Source: Adineta vaga (lineage: Eukaryota; Animalia; Rotifera). Taken from it: 64,000 bases of DNA. Positions 1 to 13,294 of the stretch are shown one piece after another. A model generated the notes under the pieces. It ran no database searches. It had not been told where the DNA came from and was given only the letters and a program-made list of their open reading frames with translations. Numbering within the stretch: position 1 is the stretch's first letter; every line of letters begins with the position of its first letter. A program made the translations under genes and the position numbers. The DNA lies in contig CP075493.1 of the NCBI GenBank assembly GCA_021613535.1, forward strand, positions 4,712,001-4,776,000, written 5' to 3'.

Positions 1-2688
1 TCATCAACAACAACAACAACAACAACCACCAACACAGTATGGTTATGGTCAATCACCACAGCCTATGTTCAATGCTGCTCCACCAGCTCCTGCTCCACCA
101 CCACCACCACCACCTCCTCCTCCTCCACCACCGCCACCACCAATGCCTGCAGCAAACATCCCACCACCACCAATATTTGATGCTGATATGATTGCTAATG
201 CAGCTGCTTCATTAAAAAGTCGACAACCAACTACTGAATCTCATACATCATATGAACAGACAACAGTAATTTGTCTTCCAATAAAATATTTTATATTGAT
301 CTCATGTTTTTCTTCATCTAGGACATTTCAGCTATTCCTGCTGCACTTGCTAAAAGTCTTGGTCGTCCTGGTGGACCTAAACCATTCACTTATACGCCAG
401 GTGGTCTTGATCTTTCAAAAATACGTGAATCAGCACGTGTGAGACGGTATGATTGCATCATCAAGACATTTTTCTTTCTAACACGATCGTTGATGACAGG
501 TCGTGGTCGTAGTCGTACATATACATATATGCGTTTAAGCTTTATTACGTTCTTTTACTTGTCATCATCTGAACAAATGACAATGAAAGAGGTCAATTGT
601 ATTTGATAGGTGTGAAGTCTTTCGTAATATGAATCTAAAGAATTATTACCAAGTATGAAAAGGGATTACTATCATTTTTTTTTTATCTCAGACGAAAAAA
701 GGTCGTATGATATATGAAAAGAAAAGTATATAAAGATAAACTTGACCATTTTTTTAACCTTTTGTAAGATTAGAAAAAATGATGACCTTGCTTACAACAA
801 TATAAATAGTTCATTATTTAATTTCCATATTATAGTCATCGCGAATATGCTTCAAATAATGACGAATCTAATGATATACAAGACATCGAACCAAATATGA
901 ATCGTCGAATGATGGCTCCACCGGATCAGTATGCATCACAAAATCCAGCTCAAGCATTCAATCAACCTCGACAACAACCACCACAACAAAAGAAACATAT
1001 TCAACATGATACTGACGTGTAAGTTTATTCGCATAAAGAAGAAAGTCTTTTAGTTTACATGACAACATTTTTTTTCTCTATCAGAGTGACACAATCACGT
1101 TCGTTTCAAATGCTTCAAGGTTGGATATCTGATAGTGAAAAAACTGTTCCAACAGCAGTTCCACCACCATCACAACCACAAATACAACCACAGTCACAAT
1201 CATACTCACCATCTTCATCATCATCAACTACAACGACAACAATAAATACAACCTCAGCAGCAGCGGCCACAGCAGCCGCAGCTAAATCAGCAGGTTTGTC
1301 TCTGACCTTTTTTCTATGATTATTAACATAGAGAATTACCTTGGATATATGTCTTTATCCAATGCCAGAAAGTATAACTTGCGATAGATACATAGCGATA
1401 CAATTCACTGAGATAATCATTGATATTTATGTGTCTATGAACAAACTTAAGAATAGAATTTCTAAAAAAAAATAAATCTTATCTAATTGAATAAAAACAA
1501 AATGATATCAAAGTGGATAATTTCTATGATGAGACCTTATGATTTCATGTTTGTATTTCTCCATTGACGATCAACAGACTTCGAGTTATTTTGAATTCCT
1601 TCTGATCGATCTACATTTGTTGACATGTATGATATCTTTTGGTGACCTTATTTCCATATTTTAATGTCATAAGAAGGACATGTTAAATCTTCTTGATTGT
1701 CGTGAAACATTCATCGTCATAATAACCTTGATGTGACTTTTGAAGAATGTTTCTGTTCATTGTTTTTCTAGTTGCTCGAGCTGTTCTTGAAGAACAACAG
1801 ATGGGTAATCGTAGTCGACATAGCAGTAGTTCTGGTCCAACATCAAATCTTCCTTCTCGATCATTTCGTTATTTACAAGAACAATACAATACAAATAATA
1901 ACGATAGTAACGATATGACAACGACAACAACAATCGAAGAAACTGTTGTATCAGGTGAAGGAGTTGGTCTTCGACGTGGTAGTGATGGTCATATGCCATC
2001 ACGAGCATTTAAAATTCTACAAGATCAATGTGGTGCTCAACAAGGACCTATTAATCGATCACAAGGAATTAATAACCGAGAAGATCTTATGGAAATCTAT
2101 AATAAACGTAAAGAAAACATAATGTTCATTGATTTCTTTTGAATCTATTTTTCAATCATTTTTAGCACCACCAAGTTTTCGTGAACGTGAACCTGAAGCT
2201 CCACGCTATGCAGGAGCCACAGTTCCATCTCGTTCATTTCGTTTTCTACAAATGATGACACAAAATGATCAACAGAATGATTCAACACCTACTCTTGGTT
2301 ATAATAAACCTCAACAATTAATGAATAAATATGATGAACAAAATTTTTCTTCAAATAACAATAGAATCAATACACATCCATCACGTTCATTTAAATATTT
2401 ACAAGAAATGACAACTGAACAACCCGTTGTAACAACTACAACTATTACTCGAACAGGTTTTTCGTTTTTTCTTTTGTTGTATTATAAATTATTTCTAAAT
2501 GATCTTATTTTTCTCTTTTAATAGAAAGAAGAATTAGTACTAATAATAATGGTCAACCTTTACAAATGAATGTTGAAATTCAACAATCTCAACCAATTGT
2601 TCAAGTCAGTACAATAAGTTCAAGTGCATATCCAGATGATAATATCATTGATAATTTAGCTAATGAAATCGCTGCAACTGATTTCTAA
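1..2688 (+). CDS. 5'-truncated Pro/Gln-rich protein with five SRSF(R/K/Q)xLQ motifs (Zasp/PDLIM-linker-like, probably muscle/cytoskeletal)
   Basis: Spliced in frame: <1-265, 322-446, 836-1018, 1085-1293, 1772-2107, 2166-2456, 2525-2688 (TAA). Contains poly-Pro, PKPFTYTPGGLDLS and the repeats QSRSFQMLQ, PSRSFRYLQ, PSRAFKILQ, PSRSFRFLQ, PSRSFKYLQ. Function is inferred. Confidence 0.75.
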
Positions 2689-2969
2689 ATTATTTTTCTC
2701 TAACCGGTTTCATTTTTTTCTGTCTTCTTCTTCTTCTTTTATCCCTTTTAAATAATTTTTATTTAGAGTTTTGTTTTTCTTTACGTTTCATATTGCTAAC
2801 ACACAACATACATTTCTTATTCATTTATATTTATCATTTCTCTTGTTCTTTTGATCAGGAAATATTTACTAAATATGACTTAAAGTAAAACAAAAAAAAT
2901 ACGCGAAATAAATATGTCCGTCATTTTCTTCTTTTTCTGAAACTTTTTTACGATCGAATTTTGTTAAGA

Positions 2970-3722
2970 GATGATCGATATCTTAACTGTTTTTCTTGCT
3001 ATCAAAAGCTGATACAACATACGAACGAACATATTAATCTTTAGCTTGATATACGTCATTTAATAAAATGTCAGTTCTCTAAATCTCTCGATAAATAGAT
3101 ATCCAAAACAAAGTTATGTCTTTGATATTTTCTGATGATAAAGAATATTTCTCGGATTCTATGACAATATTTTTTATCAATTCTCTTGACGTGATATATA
3201 TCGATGGACATTAGTCAAATCTATATTCGTCTATACATGTAAGATGATTCATATGTCCCAAAGGAACATAATACAACTTGTTCTACGATTGACCCTTATA
3301 TCCTGCACTCGATTGCTATTCTTTTCTCGTGTACATATATATAGATATGTAAACGTGTGACTATTTTCTATATTAAGTTCATTAAGTAAAATATAATACT
3401 TAGGTGTTTATCATTATATTCTTTGGCTTGATTTAAATGAAGTAGTTGTTGATCTCTTCAATTCTATCCTAGGATAAAATCGATAAAAATTCATTGTCAT
3501 GCAGAGTACTGTGATCGAGAATTGTTTCAAATTTGAACTGTACAATTAATTTCAAGTTTAATGACCTATCTTTCGTTAAACTGCAACGATGTTGTAGTGT
3601 TTACTATTACCATAATCGTATTCTTCGTCTTTTTGTCGGATGAAATCTTTTTATCAAATATTATATCTAACTGTACCCGTAATGTTAATCAAGCAAAAGA
3701 ATTTCTTGATGCTAAATATTAG
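2970..3722 (+). pseudogene. Possible heavily decayed F-box/LRR-type gene remnant
   Basis: Short Leu-rich peptide fragments (NVSSLNLSINRYPKQ; INFKFNDLSFVKLQ) broken by stops and frameshifts. Similar in style to the clearer pseudogene at 53125. Confidence 0.2.
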
Positions 3723-6339
3723 TTAACTTTCGAATGTAAATCATGTTTATATGCGACAATCAAATCGACAACTAGCGACCTCATTAGAAAAGAAAATATT
3801 TTGAGATAAAATAAATTTCTATCGAATAATTTCTCGTTCGAATGAAAATAAAACTTAAAGATCACGTCCATTGTTATTTGTTCAAAGCACCATCTATAAA
3901 TAAATAACTGGTTTATTATCGCCATAAATAGATCGAGTTCATAAAGACTCGGTCGTTCGTTCGTTCCATTCATGTATATCAGTATCTCTATATCTGTATA
4001 TTTATTTCTATTCTCTGATTCGATATTTTTCAATTGTTAAAGTAAATAAATCTTCATGGGTCTGTATATTTTCTTTTTATTTTAAATAGAAGAAAATAGC
4101 TCTAAGAAAACTTTGATAAATTGTCTTGATGAGTTCAATTCACCAAAAAAAACAAATCTATTCGAGCGGAAATAGTTCGAATACTGGTATTTTCTTTCTC
4201 TCTCTCTCGTTATACTATATGCTCATTTCCTGTATGTATAAATCTGTTTTGTTTTATTTTCTCTATTTTGTTATTATATTTCATCTTGACTTTTTTCGCC
4301 TAGTGTGTATTTAGTATCAATAATAATTATCGATTGTATTCCGTCAAAGATTCATACATTGGTCTTCTCAAATAGAGAAATAAAGATGATATGATAAGCG
4401 ATTTTCATCTTGTCAGAAAAGGATTTACTCTCATGTCGTCAACAAAGAATTCGACATCCCAATCAACGAGGAGTCAAAGCAAACGCTCGTTCGATAGGAG
4501 AAGAAAAACAGCGGAAAAAGAAGAAGAAGAAGGCAAAGAGAAAATTGAGTTCCGTTTCCATTCCTCCGAACATATCGTCACTAGAGAAAAACTCTGTTGC
4601 AATAAGAATACCATAGAACGAGAGAAAATGTGTTGACGATTGAAAGAGCGAGATGGCGCACTGGCATGAAAACGAGAGAGAGAGAGAGAGAAAATGCCGA
4701 CAACGAGAAAAATAATAATAACAACAACAACAACCACTATCATCACCATTAACCTAAAGAAATGAGAAATTACAGGAAGGATTAGCAGCCAAGTCACGAT
4801 TCTACTCTTGTTAAGTAAGGTAGAAAAATGAATATTATCTGACTGTACAAATGTTTATAAAAAAATCCCTCGGGTAAGATGACAATAAGTTTTTTTTTTC
4901 ATTCATATTATTATCTATCCTAATCATTGGAGAATAGATGAATAGATGCTTTTTCTTCTCTCTCTCTCTCTTTTTTTGCTCATTCTATTCTATTTATTTC
5001 GGAAAAAATAAGAAAATTTTATATGCAAATAGAAGAAACTTGTTTTTTTTTTATCAGAAATCTTCTGTATTGGTTCATTAAGCACGTACACGTATACAAG
5101 ACTCATTTTCTAGTTGTTTTACTGATATTATCATCGCATTACTACTGCACTCTATTACTAGTAAAAACAAGCACGCATACATTAGTCATTACCAAGAAAA
5201 CATATTTTTTTCTTTTTTTTTTGAATTGAAATATTCTTTAGATATTTTTCTATTTTCGTCTAGCAAATATTATTTATGTGTACATATTTTTCGATGAGTA
5301 CATATTCATTGACTAATTTTCGTTTTATCTGTTCTTTGCTGACGTAATCGCGTAACTAGTATTAATCATAATAATAATAATAATAACGCTAAAATACGAC
5401 GTATAACAGGCAGGGAAAAATAGACACAGTAGTTTTCTATTTCCTTTGTCGGATTCTGAATGAAAAAGGAAGAAGTAAAAATGAGTGGTAGTCAAAAATA
5501 ATAATATGCCATTAATAGTTATCATCTGAATAGTATTCATTCTTGCTAATGATGGTTGTTCTTTTTTTTTTCTTCTTCTGTTCTCATTACAGACTCAAAA
5601 AAGAGAAAAACGTTAATTGTATATTTTTTCTTAACACCTGTGTCAGTATTGATCCTTCGCTTTGTTTTGTTTGCTATTTTAACACTTCAGATAGTTTTTT
5701 TTCTCGATATGCTCAAGTTTCTTCCCTTTTCTTCGAGGGAAAAAACAAATTAGTGTGACTTTCGTTAAGTTTGATTATGTGATTACGTTCTTATTATGAT
5801 TTATTTCTCTATGTTGATGATTCGCTTATACTGATCATTATTGACGAATAACTCTGATTTTTTGTTCTCTTCTCTCTTCGTCATTTTTCACTGCTTTTAG
5901 TTTTGTTATTAGTGTACACATAGTCTTTTTTTTACATATGCGTTTTTTTCTTCTTCTTCTTTCCTTCGCTCGACTAACCGCATAATGTAGTATGAAAAGA
6001 AAATGAGAAACTTTGTTATTGAATAATCAACCAAGAAATAAGTCTAACAGGTAGCAAAGAAACATATTGATGAATTTCTAACAAGACATGTATCATATCA
6101 TCAATTACTTCGAGAAGAAGGTCAAATTTATCTTAGTCGATTGTCTTTTTCAGTGGGAAAAGAAATGATTGATCGACGAATTTATATTTCTATTTTTTCT
6201 CTCTAGATTTATCTATCATTCTATGTTGAATCAATAATGAAATTGATTTTGTTATTTCTTCAACGACAGAATCTATTTTTCCAAAGAAGTTTATAAGATT
6301 AGAAATTAATTGAAACTCAACAAATATTTTAAATCAATC

Positions 6340-9300
6340 ATGGCAAAAAAGAAGAAAACTGATCAAGAAAATCTTGATAGATTATCGGAAGAAGCCGGTC
6401 GAGAATTTGGAATAACATTGAAACAATTAGAAACATTAATGCAAACACGAGGTCATGATGGAATCAAAGAACTTAATGAAGTCTATGGTGGCCTAAGTGG
6501 TCTTGGACAACGATTGAAAAGTAATTTAATCACAGGTAATTGAATTCAAATGAATAGTTTCAAAAGATAAAACGTCTATTTATTTTTATTTAGGTCTACC
6601 TGAAGAGGAAAGTGATTTATCCCTACGTGTCGCTGCCTTTGGTCGCAATGAAATTCCACCAAAACCACCAAAAACATTCTTTCGTTTAATGTTTGAAGCT
6701 CTTCAAGATACAACACTTGTTATACTTATTATCTGTGCTATCATTTCCTTTGGTCTATCATTTTATCATCCAAGTGAAGTTACATTTGAAAGTGAAGTCA
6801 AACCAAGTAAATATTTAAAAGAGATTTTATAGCAATAAAATTACATGTGTCCTTTTCTTTTTCTTTTCGTTTGTTTTAGAAGAAGCAAATGTTGAATGGA
6901 TTGAAGGTGCAGCAATTATTATTGCTGTTATTGTTGTTGTTCTTGTAACAGCATTTAATGATTGGACAAAAGAACGACAATTTCGTGGTCTTCAATCGAA
7001 AATTGAACTCGATCAGAAATTTAATGTCATCAGAAATAATACAGTCAAACAAATTCCAATTAAAGAAATTGTCGTGGGAGATATTTGTCAAGTAAAATAT
7101 GGAGATCTATTACCAGCTGATGGAGTTGTTGTACAATCAAATGATTTGAAAGTTGATGAATCATCATTAACTGGAGAATCGGATCAAATAAAAAAACATG
7201 AATCGAAAGATCCATTTCTTCTTTCAGGTACACATATTATGGAAGGTAGTGGGAAAATGTTAGTATTAGCTGTCGGTGAACATAGTCAAACTGGAATGAT
7301 ATTTAAGTTATTGGGTGCAACGAAAGATAAAGATGGTAATGAAGAGAAAAAAAAAGGAAATCATAAAAAAGAAGGTAAGTTTAAACAATCGATATGTATT
7401 CATGTTTTTTCTTCATATGATTTGTTGTGTACCTATATGATTTATTTTTTCTCTGCATGTCTATTCAGAAGCTACTGGTCATGATGATGTTGCTGTTAAA
7501 GATCGTTTAGTAACGCCAGGATCAGCTGCAGGTTCTTATTGTGAATTAATTGTAATGTGATAGTAATGATTAATTTTCATTTCATATGATTAGATCCAAT
7601 CGGAAATAATCATGGAGAAACTGAATTACGTGAAGTTGCAGTTGATTCGGAAAAAGATACAGCTGGTGAAGAAGAAGTTGGAGGTTTGAAAGTGAAAGAA
7701 CGATCAATTTTACAAGCAAAATTAACTAAATTAGCTATTCAAATTGGATATGCAGGTAAAATATTTCAGAAATCTCATGAAACATCGTTTGTTTTTTTCT
7801 GTCTTTTACAAACTATAATAGACATAATTAAATCAGTTGAGTTAGTTAAAAAAAATACTTTTAGCAGTTTGTCAAAAGAGACAACAACAACAACAACAAA
7901 AGCGAGCTTTTCTTCTCATATTGATCTAATTTTTTCCTGTTGAATTCTATTCGACGCCATGTAATGAGACTATGGATCGGAATTATATTATCAAACACTT
8001 CATTCAATTGAATTATATTCTATATTTGGAGTAGACTTGTCATTCGCGTGATAAAAATTTTCCATTAGCATTATTTTTCATTTCATGCTTGTCAAGTAAA
8101 ATTATGTAAAATAAGATCGACGAAAATAGTAATAGATTCTTCTAATGGTAATCTCGATTATATATATATATGGTTTTATACAGAAAAACCTTTTTCAATA
8201 ATGAAATAATATACTTTGACTTTCAGGCATGACTATTGCAATTTTGACTGTTCTTGTTTTACTCTTACGATTTTCAATCGAAGAATTTATTCAAAAGTAA
8301 AAATTGAATTTTTTCTTTTACGTATTTATTTATATATATATTTGAAATGTTTTAGACGTGAACGTTGGAGTAGCAAATATTGGAGTCGATTTGTTCGTTA
8401 TTTAATTACGGGTATTACTGTCTTAGTCGTTGCTGTACCTGAAGGTCTACCATTAGCAGTTACAATTTCATTAGCCTATGCTGTTAAAGTAATTGATAAA
8501 ATTTTCTAGGACAAAACAATTATTTTAGTTCTTTTTTTGTTTTGTAGAAAATGATGTTAGATAATAATTTAGTACGTCATTTGGATGCCTGTGAAACAAT
8601 GGGTAATGCAACTGCCATTTGTTCAGATAAAACTGGAACATTAACAACGAATCGTATGACAGTTGTTCAAGTTTATGTCGGAGAAAAACATTGGAAAAAT
8701 GTAGAAAATCCCGTGAAAGCAAAAGAAATTATTGTACCAGATAAAACAAAAGAAGTTATACTTGAAGGCATCTCCGTAAATAGTAGTTATGGTTCAAAAT
8801 TACTTGTATGAAAATCTTTACTAAGATTAAATGAATGCTTAATTTTGTGTTTGTTTTTTATTCACTTTAGCCTCCACCTGAAAGAGAAATATTACCAAAA
8901 CAAGTTGGAAATAAAACAGAATGTGGTCTATTAGGTTTTGTTCTTGGTCTTGGTGGTAATTATGGTGAAATACGTGAACACTATCCTGAAGAAAAATTCG
9001 TTCATGTTTATACATTCAATTCTGTTCGTAAGAGTATGTCAACTGTTATTCAACGACCTGATGGAATCGTGCGAATGTACACGAAAGGTGCATCAGAAAT
9101 GGTTTTGAAAAAATGTAAAACAATTTTAAATCGAAATGGAGAAATTATTCCATTTTCAACTGTTGATTATGATCGATTAGTACAAACAGTCATTGAACCA
9201 ATGGCATGTGATGGTTTACGTACAATTTGTGTTGCATATCGAGATTTTCCAGCAAATAATCTACCTGATTGGGATGAAGAAACTAGTGTTGTCGAACAAT

Positions 9301-12300
9301 TAACTTGTATTTGTATTTGTGGTATTGAAGATCCTGTCCGACCAGAAGTACCTGATGCAATAGCAAAATGTCGAAGTGCTGGTATTACCGTACGAATGGT
9401 TACTGGTGACAATGTTAATACTGCTCGATCTATTGCATTAAAATGTGGTATTATTTCACCTAATGATAGTTTCTTAGTACTTGAAGGCAAAGAATTCAAT
9501 CGACGTATAAGAGCAAAAGGCGATGGAGAAGTAAAAGCAAATGACTTATTGAAATTAAAAATCGCTTTTTTTTCTTCTATTTCTTATGATATAGATTGAA
9601 CAAGGTTTATTTGATAAAGTATGGCCACAATTACGTGTATTAGCTCGTTCATCACCTCAAGATAAATATGTCCTTGTAAAAGGTATTATTGCATCGAAAA
9701 ATAATCCAACACGTGAAGTTGTTGCTGTCACTGGTGATGGAACAAATGATGGACCTGCTTTGAAAAAAGCTGATGTTGGCTTTGCAATGGTTAGTATATC
9801 ATATTTATTTAGTTTAGATAATTCATCAATTCTTCTAAACTTGATTTTATTCTTTTATAGGGTATTCAAGGTACTGATGTAGCTAAAGAAGCGTCGGACA
9901 TTATTCTTGTCGATGATAATTTCAATTCAATTGTTAAGGCCGTTATGTGGGGACGTAATGTTTATGATTCCATAGCGAAATTTCTTCAATTTCAATTAAC
10001 TGTTAATGTTGTTGCTGTATTTTGTGCTTTTATTGGCGCTTGTATTGTCAAAGAATCGCCTTTACGTGCTGTTCAAATGTTATGGGTCAATTTAATTATG
10101 GATACATTAGCATCCTTAGCACTTGCAACAGAAGTTCCTACAGAAGAATTATTAACTCGTAAACCATATGGACGAACACGGCCATTAATTTCTCGAACAA
10201 TGATGAAAAATATTCTTGGTCATGCAATTTATCAATTAGCTATTATGTTATTCATTTTATTTCTTGGTAAGAATGAAATCTTTTGAATCTAATCGATTAT
10301 ATTGATATTTTCGTTTCTCTATTCCAGGTCCTCGTTTCTTTAATATAGATGATGGTCGTCCAAAAGATAATGTTTTCAAACCATCTGAACATTTCACAAT
10401 CATCTTTAATGTTTTTGTTCTAATGACACTATTTAATGAAATCAATTGTCGAAAAATTCACGGAGAAAAAAATGTCTTTCGTGGAATTTTTACTAATCCA
10501 ATTTTTTGTGGAATATGGATTGTCACATTTGTTTTACAAATTATTCTTGTTCAATATGGTTCAGTTGCATTCTCATGTGTACCATTAACACTTGAACAAT
10601 GGATGTGGTGTTTTTTCTTTGGTGTCACTGTTCTTCTGTGGAATCAAGTAAGAATAAGATTTCAATTTCTATCTTTTATTGAATATGGATTTCATTTTAG
10701 ATCGTTAATTTGATCCCGGTGACACGTCATATGCCAAAATGGGGCGCAGGTGAAGTATATGATCAACCATTATCTGTTGATATCGGTCAAGAAGGATCCA
10801 CACGACAAGGAACAAGTTTAACAAAAGGTCAAATACTTTGGTTACGAGGCATCACACGTCTTCAAACGCAGGTTTGTAGGAATGAACGAGACAGCTTTCT
10901 GCTGGTGCTGGGTTTCACTAGAAATATCGAATATGCTTTCTTACATATCTATCTATATATTAATCAGAAAACAAAACAAAACATTAGAGTTCATGCATAT
11001 ATTCTTCTTGCTTATATTTTTTTTATCTTCTATTCTTCTTATCTTACTCTAATCGCTCCGACAGGTACAAGTTGTTAAAACTTTTCAAGAACATGTTGCC
11101 AAATCGCCGTCTTCCCAGTGGTAATAAAGCGCATAATATGCGCTCTTGTTCAGTTCATCCTAAATTATTATACAGCATGTCCATCCATCTTTTTGAGGTT
11201 TGACCCATCTGTATGATTTATTTTTCTATTGACTTCCCTTTCGGTGTACCTTTTTTCCTCTGTTTTCCTTCCGATGTTCTTTGTTTTGTCTAATGTTTTT
11301 TGATTTTAACGATGAGCAAACAAAACTCTCACACACACACACACCTACTAGAATGGTTGTTTTTTAAGAGTGAAAAAACCAAAAAACATTGCTTTAATTG
11401 TTATCTATGCCTGCTAACAGTCTTGGCTTGATTTGCTGCTATTTATGTGTTATCCTTTTTGTTTATATTTTAGTTCTTTTATCTATTCCTTGATATTTAT
11501 ATATATACATATATATTTATATTATTTGAAATATGCTGAGATGTTTGTTTTCTTTTATTTATTCGTTATTATAGCTTCGTGTGATAAAAGCATTTCAAGA
11601 TTCAATTGATCGACAACCACCAGAATATGTAACATTAGATCGGCTTCGAGCCGCTACTGTGCCCAAATTCTCGTCGTTTTATTACGATAATAATCGACCT
11701 CTTATTCGTCCTCATTCTCTTAATCCTATCGTTACTACTAACACAAATATCACTGATATTCAACAGCCATCACCACCAATTGAAGATACCCGACTTTAGA
11801 CAATTTATTGGAATGATATGATCTTAGCAATAGATAGACAATTTTCAAAAAAAAACAAACAAACAAAACTATATCGGCCGGCCCGTTTCAATCAATAATA
11901 TCATCTAATTTGTTTGAATTTTCTATGAATATCTATGCTCGTTTTTATCTCTGTTGCTCTTGTACTCTCACATTTTTGCGCGCATTTAGAGTATGTATCT
12001 CTTTCTCATTTTCTTTTGCAAATGTGTGATAATGAATTACATTTTCTTTATTCTTCATCTTCTTTTTGTATGTTACAAAACCATTCCCCCCTCTTCTCCC
12101 TCTCGTTCTCTATACATTCAGTCAGTCACAGTCGAGCGGTGCTATATTTGAAGTCAATAATGATGATGAACGCGAATGGACAAAACACATGATAAAGATA
12201 ATTTTGAATTGAAGAGAAAAGAAAAGAAAACTCAAATTACCCGAGTGATGATTATGACTGCCCATTGCTTTCTTGAATATTCATCCCTCATTTTCATAGA

Positions 12301-12701
12301 CTAGATAGACTGTCGATCATATTTGTTTCTTTTCTTTTTCTTCTTCTTCTTTTTCTTCTACTACTACTACCACTACTTTTTGTCTCTGTATTTTTTCTTT
12401 TTTTGTGATGAAGATGATGATTATGCCTGTAGTCGAATAATAAGAATTTTAAAAAATGAAAACAAATTAACTTTAATATTGTTTGTTAACTATAAACATT
12501 CTAACAATAGTCACCAACGGGAATGCATAATACATATAAATATTGCTTTTAACTTGATGTGCTCAATGTCAGATATCAATTGAATTAATCAATACTTTCT
12601 CTTATGTTTTCTGTTCATAGATCGCCGTAGTCGATGCTTTTTATCAACCAATAGCATCCACACAACCATTGTTGACTAAAGTGCCAAAAGGCTCGACTTG
12701 A
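6340..12701 (+). CDS. ATP2B: Plasma-membrane Ca2+-transporting ATPase (P2B, PMCA) with three alternative last exons (stops at 11124, 11799 or 12701)
   Basis: P-type motifs [32 protein letters not shown] (phosphorylated Asp), [32 protein letters not shown]. CaM-binding [18 protein letters not shown] at 6340. A probable 5'UTR intron runs from donor 4815 to acceptor 6206. Confidence 0.97.
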
Positions 12702-13154
12702 AATCTATCCATATTCAAATGTTTCAAATAATTATCTATTATCATTTCTTTTTCCTTTCGAAATAACAAACAAAATTCACTTGTCTTTCTCTTTCTCTCT
12801 TTCTCATTGTCATTATTCTAACAATTTAATAAAATTTATATAGGAAATCTATTCATTATCATATCGTATACGAAACAGAAGTGTGATAAACTATATGTAT
12901 ATATATACCAATCAATCAAATCTTTATACCATCTATCGTGACTAATATTTTTCGATTACTGTCAAATATAAATAGATCGTTACCCATATATCAATGTCAT
13001 GCTTATCAATTTCTGCTGAATAGAAAGAGATATGACGGATGTTTACAAACACATTTCTTTCATGAAAACTTGGAAGCTATTTGATGTTCATATTTTTTTC
13101 ATGTGGCATACTATAATACGGTTGAATCACTAAATTGCATGTTAGACTTGTGAT

Positions 13155-13166
13155 TAGCGCCATCTG
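13155..13166 (+). promoter_or_regulatory. CTCF-like motif TAGCGCCATCTG upstream of CWC25
   Basis: About 130 bp before the ATG. Related motifs recur before several other genes. Confidence 0.5.
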
Positions 13167-13294
13167 TATTACATATCTTCGTATGCTAGATAAATTTGAA
13201 CCAATCTAACAACAAACGTTTACTGCAATCTCATTTCTTTGTCTATTCGTATTCGATTCAGATTCAGAAAACTAATTTGATAGAAATTTCGAAA

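Noticed and set aside
4673-4691. (GA)n, (CA)n, (AT)n and (CAA)n tracts
   Set aside because: Ordinary short microsatellites.
3719-5758. Several 60-107 aa ORFs upstream of PMCA
   Set aside because: Low-complexity F/L/K-rich translations of AT-rich UTR or intron sequence and microsatellites, often with non-ATG starts.
9167-9499. Antisense ORFs over PMCA, CWC25, bZIP and AP1M1 exons
   Set aside because: Expected shadow ORFs caused by codon bias on the coding strand.
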